Shown here piece by piece: positions 40,401 through 52,400 of a stretch of 64,000 bases of DNA. Origin of the DNA: Glaucostegus cemiculus (lineage: Eukaryota). The stretch is from positions 4,526,001-4,590,000 of the forward strand of contig CDPCPM010000043.1 of the NCBI GenBank assembly GCA_976551045.1, written 5' to 3'. Made by a program: the position numbers and the translations under genes. Below the pieces are notes generated by a model that did no database searches, was not told the DNA's origin, and saw only the letters and a list, made by a program, of their open reading frames with translations. The number at the start of each line of letters is the position of its first letter. The stretch's first letter is position 1.

Positions 40401-43400
40401 CCAGGGTCCCCCTTCAAGGCAGACATCAAACCAGTCTTCGACCCGAGCAAGGTCACAGCCAGTGGCCCGGGGCTAGAGCGCGGCAAGGTTGGTGAGGCAG
40501 GAACTTTCACTGTCGATTGCTCCAAGGCCGGGGAGGCTGACCTGACTATTGAGATCATCTCTGAGACCGGCGTGAAGGCGGAGGTTCACATTCAGAACAA
40601 TAGCGATGGGACCTATACCATCACCTACATCCCACCGTTCCACGGCATGTACACCATCACCATCAAGTATGGCGGGCACGCAGTACCCAAGTTCCCAGCT
40701 CGCGTCAGGGTTGATCCAGCTATTGACACGGCAGGAGTGAAGGTGTTCGGACCAGGAGTAGAGCCTCGTGGTAAGGGAACCATCTGTAGAGGCAGCCACT
40801 GTTTTGCTCTTTTGCTACTACAGGAAAAGCTCACTTTGGGAGAAGTGGATCTCTGAGACAATGTGATGGAACAACCAGGCAATTAAACAGCTTGTAGCAT
40901 TGCTTTTTGTGTGGGTGGGGATCTGTGGGTGGGGAAGTGGTGGGAAAATGGCAGGTCTTTCAGGGGGAGCTGACCTCTCTGTAGGAATCTGATTTCAAAC
41001 AAAATATCAAGGAACTTGTACATGTGTGGGAAGCACTGGGTTGATTGTGGGTGTTGGGGACTTGATAGTGCAGATGTTCAGAGCAACAGGATCACTGCAG
41101 TGGTAAGGTAAAGAGAAAAATCTGATCCCATTCCAATTCTCATTTTTAGGGGTGCTCCGGGAGGTCACCACTGAATTTACTGTGGACTGTCGATCTGTTA
41201 ACAAAACTGGTGGGAACCATGTCAAGATTCGTATAGTTAATCCTTCTGGGGCCATGACTGACAGTTACATCAAGGACAATGGTGATGGAACCTACCGTGT
41301 GGAGTACACAGCCTATGAAGATGGTGAGTAATATATGCCACCTCCATTTCAGGTTTTTAATTTTTTTAATTTCCTTACAACAGTCCTGGTGATTTGGTGC
41401 TCATTTCCTGGCAAAGTAATCCCAACTGCTTCTGATCAACACCAGCCTTCCGCAAACCTGTTTGTCTCTGAGGACGTGGGGCAATTGTGGTCCGAGCTAA
41501 TGGACTTGCTGGGGGGGAAGAAAATTCCAGTTTGTCATCCAGGACAAATTCCATTCTGGAGACTATTCCCTGTCTCCTAGGTTTGCTCCTTCAGATTTGA
41601 GTTGCTAATGTGAGAATGTTGCCCTTCCCTTTTTTCCTTGGGTTGCAAGATCTCCTGATCTCTCTTCCAAGTGAAGATGAAGGATATCTCCTTGACTTTT
41701 GGAAGCAAAGTCCTTGAGAAATGGTGAGGAGATGATTTTCCCCAGATGTGATTGCACCTTGCCACGAATCATTCTTCCACAAGTTTGTTCACATTTCCCC
41801 TGACCCTTGATGGGCTCTTGGCTACTGTTGGAACAGTTTTAGTTGCTGGAGCTTCCCCATACCATGCGTTCCTTTGGGATGTGAGGCAAGGGGGGCCCCT
41901 CTGTGGTGGATTTTAAAGGGTAAAGTCCAGGGTTTATCGAGGAAAAAAATCTTTTTGTGGGCAGTTTTGAGATGGGGTGCATTTTGCTGTCAGTCAGCAT
42001 TGCTGATCTGTGCTTTTATAGTTTACCTTTTATATGTTGCTGACTCTTTCAGGAATGCACATGATTGAAGTGCTCTATGATGATGTCCCAATCCCCAAGA
42101 GTCCATTCAGAGTTGGAGTCACTGAGGGATGTGACCCCAGCCGTGTCCGGGCATATGGGCCAGGCCTGGAAGGAGGTCTAGTCAACAAACCGAACCGGTT
42201 CACAGTGGAAACCAGGTAAGCTGTGACTGTAAATGGTAAAGACTAGGTATACAACGGGTCATTTGCTTGATCTCTTCCACAGTCCATCTGGACTCTATCT
42301 AACCATCAATTCACCAGAAGGAAAGTTTTTGTTATTTCAAAGAAATGAAAGAAACCTTGACATTATTGGCTTATGCTGGCTTTCACTGACCATACTAGGA
42401 TCTTGTGTTGCCTGTCTGTACCAATCCCAATAAGCATTATCCCCCTCCATCCTGAGAGATAACTCTGAATGTCCCTTTTGCTGACCCACCATTGCCCCCT
42501 TGCCTCAGATCATTTCTTTGGCTGTGCTGGGAAACCCCTGATCCCATGGTTTGGGTGGGTGAGGTGGTTTTGGTGGGTTAGGGGAGGTGGAAATGCCATT
42601 GATTATCTAACTGATTTTAGACATGACCTCTTACCTGTATCTTGTGCAAACACATTACCCCTCTCTCTCTCTTCTCTCCCTCTTTCTCCTCAGGGGTGCA
42701 GGCACTGGAGGCCTGGGACTGGCCATTGAGGGTCCCTCTGAGGCAAAAATGTCCTGCAAGGACAACAAGGATGGCAGCTGCAGTGTTGAGTATATCCCCT
42801 TTACTCCTGGAGACTACGATGTCAACATAACATTTGGTGGGCACCCCATTCCAGGTGAGCTCAGCCCAGCTACCCACTGAGGGCTACCTTGTCCTAGTGA
42901 GACAGAATCAGTTCAGTGTATGATGCATTGGGAGCAGAATCACAGGGCACTTAAGGACTGGGCTCTGCTTTGGTTCTCTCACACTGCCTCTCTGGCTTGC
43001 TCCCTTTGTGCCTCTCTGGCTTGCTCCCTTTGTGCCTCTCTGGCTTGCTCCCTTTGTGCCTCTCTGGCTTGCTCCCTTTGTGCCTCTCTGGCTTGCTCCC
43101 TTTGTGCCTCTCTGGCTTGCTCCCTTTGTGCCTCTCTGGCTTGCTCCCTTTGTGCCTCTCTGGCTTGCTCCCTTTGTGCCTCTCTGGCTTGCTCCCTTTG
43201 TGCCTCTCTGGCTTGCTCCCTTTGTGCCTCTCTGGCTTGCTCCCTTTGTGCCTCTCTGGCTTGCTCCCTTTGTGCCTCTCTGGCTTGCTCCCTTTGTGCC
43301 TCTCTGGCTTGCTCCCTTTGTGCCTCTCTGGCTTGCTCCCTTTGTGCCTCTCTGGCTTGCTCCCTTTGTGCCTCTCTGGCTTGCTCCCTTTGTGCCTCTC

Positions 43401-46400
43401 TGGCTTGCTCCCTTTGTGCCTCTCTGGCTTGCTCCCTTTGTGCCTCTCTGGCTTGCTCCCTTTGTGCCTCTCTGGCTTGCTCCCTTTGTGCCTCTCTGGC
43501 TTGCTCCCTTTGTTTCTCTGTAACAAAATCATTAAGGCTTGTTTAAAAACATGTAATTGTTGATTGGCCATGTGGCTCTTCCAATCTGTTCAACCATACA
43601 TTATTGACAGCTGAATGTCCATAATCTATTCCTCTTTCCAGCTTTATTCCCAAATGCCAGATTCCTTTGTGTCCAAAGATACATCAAGCTCTGTCACAGA
43701 TCTAGTATGAATCTGTATCTGCAGCCTTCTGGAGTTAAAAAAAAAAATTCAAAGCTTTCCAATTCTTTTGCAGAGGTTATGGTGGGGGTGGGGTGGGGGT
43801 GTGGTGGCGGGGGGGACAAAGCTCCTTATCTCTGTTCAAAGTGGCTACAACCTTGTGTGGCGTCTATGCCTTGAACTGGCTCTCCAACCAGGGAGGGGGT
43901 GTCTTACCACTTGTTGATCATCATCTGTGTTTTTGAGATCATCTTCATTCTTCTAAATTATGGAGAATATGGGTCTATCCAACCTGTCTTGAATCATCTG
44001 GGTGTACTTTTTGTTTCATCTCCTGAAAGTACAGAAACACAAACTGTACACTGGTTTACAGTTTAATTGAAGCTGTTGTTGATATAAAGCAATCTCCTGG
44101 GGTTGTACATCTGCTCTCCATAGAGCCTGTGTCATAGAACATAGAACAATACAGCACAGAATAGGCCCTTCGGCCCATCAAGCTGTGCCATCCTACAAAC
44201 ATCTCCCAAACTAACTCTTTCCACCCTCATATCCTACTATTCCACATTCTTCCATGTGCTTATCTAACAATCTCTTAAACCTGTCCAACGTATCTGCCTC
44301 CACTACCACCCCAGGCAGTGCATTCCATGCACCAACCACTCTCTGGGTGAAAAACTTCCCTCTGACATCTCCCCTATACTTTCCACCAATTATCTGAAAG
44401 GCATGCCCTCTCGTCTTGAGCATCTGCGCTCTGGGAAAGAGGCGCTGACTATTAACTCTATCTATTCCTCTCAATATCTTAAACACCTCTATCAAGTCCC
44501 CTCTCATCCTCCTCCTCTCTAATGAGTAGAGCCCTAGCACCTTAAGCCTCTCTTTATATTCCATACCCTCCAATCCAGGCATCATCCTGGTAAAACGCCT
44601 CTGCACCCTCTCCAACGCCTCCACATCCTTCCTATAATGCGGCGACCAGAACTGAACACAATAGACCATCAGCCTTTATTCAGTATGCAAGTTGCTGGGG
44701 AAATCGATGTGGTGTGACACTCGTTTTGTGTTGATAGGAAGTCCCTTCCGTGTGCCAGTGAAGGAGTTGGTCGATCCAAGCAAAGTGAAGTGCACGGGCC
44801 CTGGATTGGGCACTGGAGTACGGGCACACGTACCCCAGACGTTTACAGTCGACTGCAGCAAAGCTGGGCTAGCACCACTCGAAGTGCTGGTCCTCAGGCC
44901 TACAGGTAAATCTTGGACTTTGCTGCTGGCATGTGCTTGTTTGAGGTTAGCTGTAAAACCTAAAGCCTAGGGATGTATTTTGAGGGAGGAGGGTGGGAGT
45001 CATTCTGTGGGAGGGGGTTGGGTTGATGAGGGACATGCTCTGAGTGGATACCTGCTCAGAGAGGGGTCATTGTTTCTAGAGGAAGTGTTTACTAGGAAAA
45101 CAGCATTGCTCGGTGTTTGAGTGGGGGATTGGTGGAAAGACAGCACTGGTTCTGAGGGATTGGATGAAGTAGAATCGGTTGCCGTTGGGTGAACTTTGAC
45201 CCCATTTGTATTGTCCAGGTGTATCGGAGCCAACGAAAGTTATTGATAATGGAGATGGAACGCATACTGTTCATTATACCCCAACCACGGATGGTCCCTT
45301 CACTGTTTCCGTTAAGTATGCAGACCAGGAGGTTCCACGCAGGTGAGCATCAGCTATTGCATCTGTCTCTGACTCTCCATATTTACTGGAGAATCTGGAA
45401 AAGTTTGAGATGTTCAAAATTTTGAAAGAAGACAATGCACATTTAACATGACTAATGAAAAGCCAGAGGAAATATGAGATTTTTATGCACAAGTTGTGAT
45501 CAGGACTGCTCTGAAGCTGATTCAATAATGCCTCACGAAAGGGAACTGGATAAATATTTAAAGGAGGAGAATGTGTAGGGTGTTGGGGTAAGAGCAAGGA
45601 AGAGGAATTAATTTGAAGCTGTGCTACTGCTAGCGAGGTCTGGTCAATTGAGCCATCATCCATTTGCACTGACTCATTCTCTGGCTCTAAGCACTTGAGA
45701 ATTGTCTGCATTATACTTGATATGCCATATCTCTGACCATTCCACCAGTAGTCCGTGGCTATTTCTTAATTGTTGAGATTTCTTAATTAGTGTCATCCAC
45801 AAACTTTGAAATAATTAATGGAATGATGCATATTTAGACCAAAGAAATAGGCCACTGAACCCAACTGGCTTGTGCTACACACAAGCCATCATCCATCCCT
45901 TTCCATCCAGCTGCAGCAACATGTCCTCTATATTTTTTTTTTAACAACTTGTACAGTATACACTCTGCTTGTACCAGGTTCCACGCTAAACATTGTCTAG
46001 GAAAGAATTCCTCCTGAACTTCGGATTTATTAGTGTTTTGTATTTCAGGCCCTGTGTTCAGCTTCCACTGCGAGGAGAAGCCTCTTTTTTTTTCCTGTCC
46101 AACACTGAAGTCCTTTTCATAAACGTTAAGACCTATATGGTAGAAATTTCTCGTCCATGAACTAAATGTTTGATTTAGTAGTGAACGCACATTGAAATAT
46201 ACTTCTGAAATTTGGTTCTATTAATTTTGTTTGCTCAAAGTTTAATAAGAAGATTAATTTCTACTCCATGACATTAATCTAGTTTGTTTTTTTTTGAATC
46301 CCAGCCCTTCAATCTTTCCTGCAAGATGCGATCTTGCAGTTCTTGTTTTAATAACACTTTTTTTATTATTGTTTGCTCTTCCTCAATGGAGGTCAGGGGA

Positions 46401-49400
46401 CAATTCTCAAGTGTGGCCCTACTAAGATCCTATACAAATTTAATACCTGCATTTCATTCCTCTCCATCTGAAAAGGTACTCCAATGCTTCAGTTATTTTA
46501 ATGGTCTTAACTGGGGTTGTTACTGTGATCTTGAATTTGTACCTCCAGATGCTTGTTTCTCTACTCATTTACACATTTATTTTCACATGTGTGAAGTACC
46601 TTTCTTATTGTTCCTGTCAATGTACCATCACACACTTTACACTGACCTGCATCAGGCAATGCATTAATATATCAAAGGGTAAAGGAGCTGATAACGATTG
46701 AACTGTACTAGTGTATCTTCCCTTCAGACAGAAAACCATCCATTCACTAATATTCTATATCCAGGCTGCTGCTACTTTACCCCACAGGAGTTAATGTTCC
46801 AACATGTCTGTGGTATCTTATCAAACATGCTTTTATTTTCCCCCAAAGTCTACGTACACAACATCTGCATTATCCTTGTCAACCCTCTATTTCCCCTGTA
46901 ACAAAGCCATGTTGGCTTTCATTATTAAAACCCACTTTCCCGAGAGACTATTTATTTTGTTCATTATTTTCCTCCCCCAGTCCCTTCAAGATCAAGGTTC
47001 TGCCGACTCATGATGCCAGCAAGGTGCGAGCAAGTGGGCCAGGACTGAATGCCTCTGGAGTGCCAGCTAGTCTCCCTGTCGAGTTCACTATCGATGCCAG
47101 GGATGCTGGCGAAGGACTACTCACTGTCCAGATCATTGTAAGTCTGGGCCACATCTTCTACCATCTAGGTCAATAGGCAGTATGACCAGGGCCAGAAGTT
47201 TCTTCTACAATCTGTGCTTTAATGAGACACTGACTGATCTGAACTTCCATTAATTGACACTGCCTGGTTCTAGGCTTTGATCACCTTCTGAAAGCAGTTC
47301 TTGTCTTGGAACAGCACAAATTTCCAGTGACCTACCCACGCCCCCACCCCCAACCCCTTACATGGTTGTGTTGTTCCTAATCCTTGACAATGCTCTGCTC
47401 TAAAGTTAAATAGAATGTGACTGTATTCCTAAAGTACAACCTATGCTTGCTGAACAAATAATTGAGAGAATGTTTAGATGAAGTTACAATCTGTGATTTC
47501 TGTCTGTGTTCCAGACTTTGTTTATAGTATAGTAAGTACTTGGACCAAATATTTATCCCAAACCTTAAACCTGTTGCTCATATATAGAGATGAAGTTCGT
47601 TCTCGCTCTCCGTGTGCATGGGTGTAAATGTGGGCAGTGTACGTAAACCCTTGATGGGAAATGGGCTAAGGCCTAAGTTCTCTGCAGTTTGATATCAGTA
47701 ATGTTGACTTGTCCATTTAGGATCCTGAGGGCAAACCAAAGAAGGCTAACATTCGTGATAATGGAGATGGAACATACACAGTGTCCTATGTCCCTGATAT
47801 GACTGGACACTACACCATTACTATCAAATATGGAGGTGATGAAATCCCCTACTCACCATATCGAATCCACGCCATTCCAACTGGAGATGCCAGCAAGTGT
47901 CTGGTAACAGGTACAGTCAGCGGTTACGTCCATCTAAGTGTCTGCACAGGGAGAAGTTGAAGTAAATAAATGGCCAGCCACTGGAGGCTCCTCCTCTGGG
48001 ACAGAGAGAGGGATCTTGCAACCGGCTGCAGTGATTGTGTGGAAATTGAGAAAGGAGGTGAAGGTGGATCCCTGGAAACCTCGAACTTTTGGGTTCTGTA
48101 GACACGTGGGCCGGGGGTTGGTGCAGAGGCAGGAGGCCCTGGGACTGCCACTTGGGGGGTGGTGTAGTGTTGCTTCAGTTACTCCTGTTCTCACTATGCC
48201 CAGGGATTCCCATACCAACAGGGACTATCGTCACTCTGGGAATGTAAACGCAAAAAGTTGCCATCATTATCAAAGCCTAGCTAAACTCTTACACTGAGAC
48301 GCTAGCCATTCATTGGGATTTGGGAATATACTGTAGATCCCTGGGGATATCACTTGTTGGATCTCAACTCTGTCTACTACTTTCTGACCAATTGGAATTT
48401 TGGAATTAGAGCAGGGATGGCTGAAGTTTGAGGGTTTGAGCCATTAAGTAATTTTGCTGTACTTTGTAAGCAGTTTTGGAGACATGCAGTTTGTGGGTGC
48501 CAGCCTGTGTCCCAGCAGCTTCATGAACTGATGCCACAAGAATCCAGGGATTTATTTCAACCTCTCCTGCCTGTCTTGTGTTTTTTTTTTGCTAACGTCA
48601 ATTAATCTGTGTTTTGAGTTTATGGGTGACAGTTTCTAACCGGCTGCTCTCCCCCCACAGTGTCCATCGGCGGCCATGGACTAGGTGAGTGACCATCCTC
48701 CAAACTCCTCAGTTCTTCAGCCTCTATAAACCAGGAAATCCCAAACCCCACCACCCACCTCCCCAGGGGGTCAGTGATCTGGAGCAAGAGCCCTGGCTCA
48801 TTTATTTCCCCCCCCCCCCCCCCCCCCAAATCAAACTAGAGTCAACAGAACTTTTGTAGCTGGATTCAGAACCCCAGCTGATTTTGTTTCTTTTTTCCCC
48901 AAACCAGGGGTCACTGTGGCCCAGCTGTTGTCTTGGTTGAGGTGACAAGACAAATGTAACTGGGCCTTAAAGATTTGTTTCTGTTTACCCATCGTCTAAT
49001 GGGTCAGTCTTGCTGCCCATCACCACCACCACCACCTATCCCCACCTCTCTCTGGTCCTGCCCTGCTGCCCTTCACTGAGTATCTTCTAGTTTTATTTGA
49101 TGTATTGTGTTGGGAGATGGAGCTGCTCCTGGTGCCGCTGTCTATCTCAACCTGGTCTGCGGGCTGTTCTAATGCTCATTGCCAACTCTGTGGGTCCTAA
49201 CTGGTGATGGAGTCCCACCCCACAAAAGCAACGTGTCCATAACTTGTCATCACGTGTAGAACTTGGGTTGAATTGTACCACCCATTAACCATCACACCCA
49301 CTTCACTTACAGGGGCAGGACTTGGTCCAACCATCCAAATTGGCCAGGAGACGGTCATAACAGTGGATGCCAAGGCAGCTGGCAAAGGGAAGGTCACTTG

Positions 49401-52400
49401 CAAGGTCTCGACCCCTGATGGAGCTGAGCTAGATGTTGATGTGGTTGAAAATCAAGATGGAACATTTGACATTTATTACACGGCACCAGAACCTGGCAAA
49501 TATGTCATTACCATCCGCTTTGGTGGGGAGCTTATACCTAACAGCCCATTCCATGTGGTGGTGAGTAACGCTAACCAATCAGCATCATCACTAGGTCACA
49601 CTATTAGTGTATGTTACCCTGATAATTAAATGATAGGTGTCACGTGATAATCATCCATAGAATTTGAAAGGGGGCACAGAAGTGCATATGCATGCACCTG
49701 CAAATACTACGTGAAGGCAAAACAAGTTTGGACAACCATTAAATTTGAGAGTCCCCTATTTATTACGGGTTGAGGCAAAAGTTTAAGAAGAAGAACATTA
49801 GACTAACCCTTTTTGTAAAGTGTTTGGAATCTAATAGTTGTGGTGGTCAATTCCAATTTTTAGGAGGGTTGGTAAGACTTTGGAAAGGATTTACGAGCCA
49901 TTTAAAAATGGTACCAGGGATGAGGGACTTCAGCTATGTGGAAACGTTAGAGAAACTCGAGCTGTACTCTTGAGCAGAGAAGGTTAAGGCAGGGTTTGGA
50001 AGAAGTTCTCAATGTTATGGATATTCTTGACTGAGATATGGAGAATCTTCCTCTGGCTGGAAGATTGATGAGAACATCCAGATTTGGGGGCATGAGGCAA
50101 AGATTCCAAGGGGAAAATAAAGAATTGTATTTCACACAGTGATGTGGTGTAGAATTTGATTTTTAGTAGTTGAAGCAGATTCACTAACGTGCAAAGGGGA
50201 ATTGCATCGCAATTTGAAGGGGAATTAAGGGGCAAAGTGCGAGGCTATGGAAAATATCAGGGGTTGGACTATGTGCTTAAGTAATTCCTGCAACCATATG
50301 CCAACTAACTTATGTACTATTGTTCTATGATTTGATGTGATTTTTAGAATCAATGTTGTCTTATCATATTATTACAACTAATCCAAAGGAGGAGTTCCCT
50401 GTATGAAGCTTTTGAATTCCTTGGCTTATGGGTCTAAAATGGGGCCTTGCGAGTGTAGAGGCCCAAATGGAGAATAGAATTGTTGTAGGCATGAAAGGGA
50501 GCTTGGAATCAAAGACTGGTTATGTATGAGGAGAGAGATGGGATGTGGGGGAGAAAGGGAGGTGGAATCTTTATCTATCTAATTTAATGTCCCTTTATTC
50601 TTGGCTCTACCAACAGATGGAATAGTTTTTTGTTATCTACCCAATCAAATTCTTTTAATCAACTTAAACACCTCTAATAATAACCCCTTAATCACCTATA
50701 CTTGAGGGAATATAGTCTTTCCTTGCAATTTGACTCCAAACTAATGTATACATTTTTATTTTCCTTGGGTGGTGTCCAGAACTGAATTCAGTACTGCTGC
50801 TAGGATCTGACCAGTCCTCTGTTTAGCTGTAATGTAACACACTGCTATGTGTTCCAGTCCTTCTGAGATGATGTGTAAATATTCTATCAACCTTTGTGGT
50901 AACTTGTATCTGCACTAGTTCTGTGATTCTTCTGTACCCATTCAATACCAAATGCCTTGAATTCAATCAGTGTTACAGTCCATGAAGCCACAATCTCGAC
51001 ACTTGGATCCCATGTATAGAATGTAGAGTGTAAAACTGCCATGAATGGAGAACATGGCCTCTGTCCTGGTATGGATATCTGTGCCTCAGTATTTTGAGTC
51101 CAGCTGAATGGGTGTTTTTTCTCCTCACCTCCATTGCCACCCTCTGCACAAACCTCTTCGGACCATTTACAGATGGGACATGTCACCCTGAACATCAAGA
51201 TGGAAGGAGTAGTTCGGAGGAATGCTGGCTTATAGAGCCGCAGTTGACTTCCCCAAGCCTTGTCTCTTAGCTTCTTGCACTGCTTCTATACTTACCCCAC
51301 CCCCAACGCCTTTTGCATTTGATTTTTCAGTTACAAGTTTTGAGAGTTGTGTGTTGGACTTGTGTTTTAACTTCTAGCTTGCTCCAATCATAGGCCTGCG
51401 ATGCTATCCCCATCATTGAGGAGCCCTGTGATACCTTGCAGCTACAGCAGCCCTACGTGCCTTGCCGTGCTGGCTATCCACCACACTGGGTATAAAATTC
51501 AACCACTGACTACTCTCTCCTCAAATAGGACTTCCACTCTATCCTTCCTCTCCTCTTTGTTTCTCAGTTTCCACAATGTTATTTCTAATATTTTATTCTT
51601 TTTCCTCTTTTTGGTCAATTTATCATTTTTTATAGTCTGCCTTGTACTCGTGGTCTTGATCTGTCTCTTCCTGCATTCGTTCTTGAATCTTCTAGTCTCT
51701 AACCACAGGCTGGAGTACCGTCTTGCCTCTTTGCTCTGCAGAAATGCTCGTATTTGACTTTTTTTTTTCAGTAGCCAGTTCTCTTTCATTATGAAACTCA
51801 TTAGATGAAGTAAAGCTCCTGATAAATCTCTATACGTTTTCTGCCCACTGAACACTTGGACAGTTCTCTAAATTAATCTTGGTCACGTTTGCTGGTTGAG
51901 TTTCCCCACTTGGCAGGTTGCATGTGATTAGGATACCCATCAGAAACAGTCACTTGATAAACACAGAAATATAACATTTTATAAGAAAAAGGGAGAGAAT
52001 ACATTTCTGCCCCTGGGATTAATTTACTCCAAAGGAACCTGGGTTCCACCAACGGCTCGTGCATTTTAAATCTGGCTCAAATCTCTACTCCTTCATTTTA
52101 AATAATTCCAGGGGGAAAATATTGTACAGATTTGTCAGGGCAACACAGTATGTTCAGTTTGCTGCTTTGTTTGGCCACTTGGATTAACTAGTGAATTTAT
52201 AATTGCAAGGATCAAATTGTGTTCCTCAAAGGAACACCCTTCCTACACTGAGACAGCCAGTCAGCACCAGAGTCTTTCAATTTAGTGCCCAGAAACCAGG
52301 ATGAGCAGAGGTGGGATGTAAATGACCACTTGTTTATACTCCATTAAATCCCTGTCTGTCCCAAAGCTACTTTTCTCCTTCCTTCAAGTTCCAGGCAAGG

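Noticed and set aside
42920-43571. Repetitive ORFs ([16 protein letters not shown], etc.)
   Set aside because: Translations of a stop-free 24-bp minisatellite; no splice signals or spacer structure.
43780-43817. G-quadruplex-capable G runs (also poly-C/G runs at ~9200, 26133, 48807, 63332)
   Set aside because: Common throughout these introns and partly homopolymer-length uncertain; nothing indicates a specific function.
51709-51714. Possible 6-nt micro-exon GCTGGA after CTAACCACAG
   Set aside because: Donor gtaccg is weak and the branch motif is too close to the AG; unsupported without RNA data.
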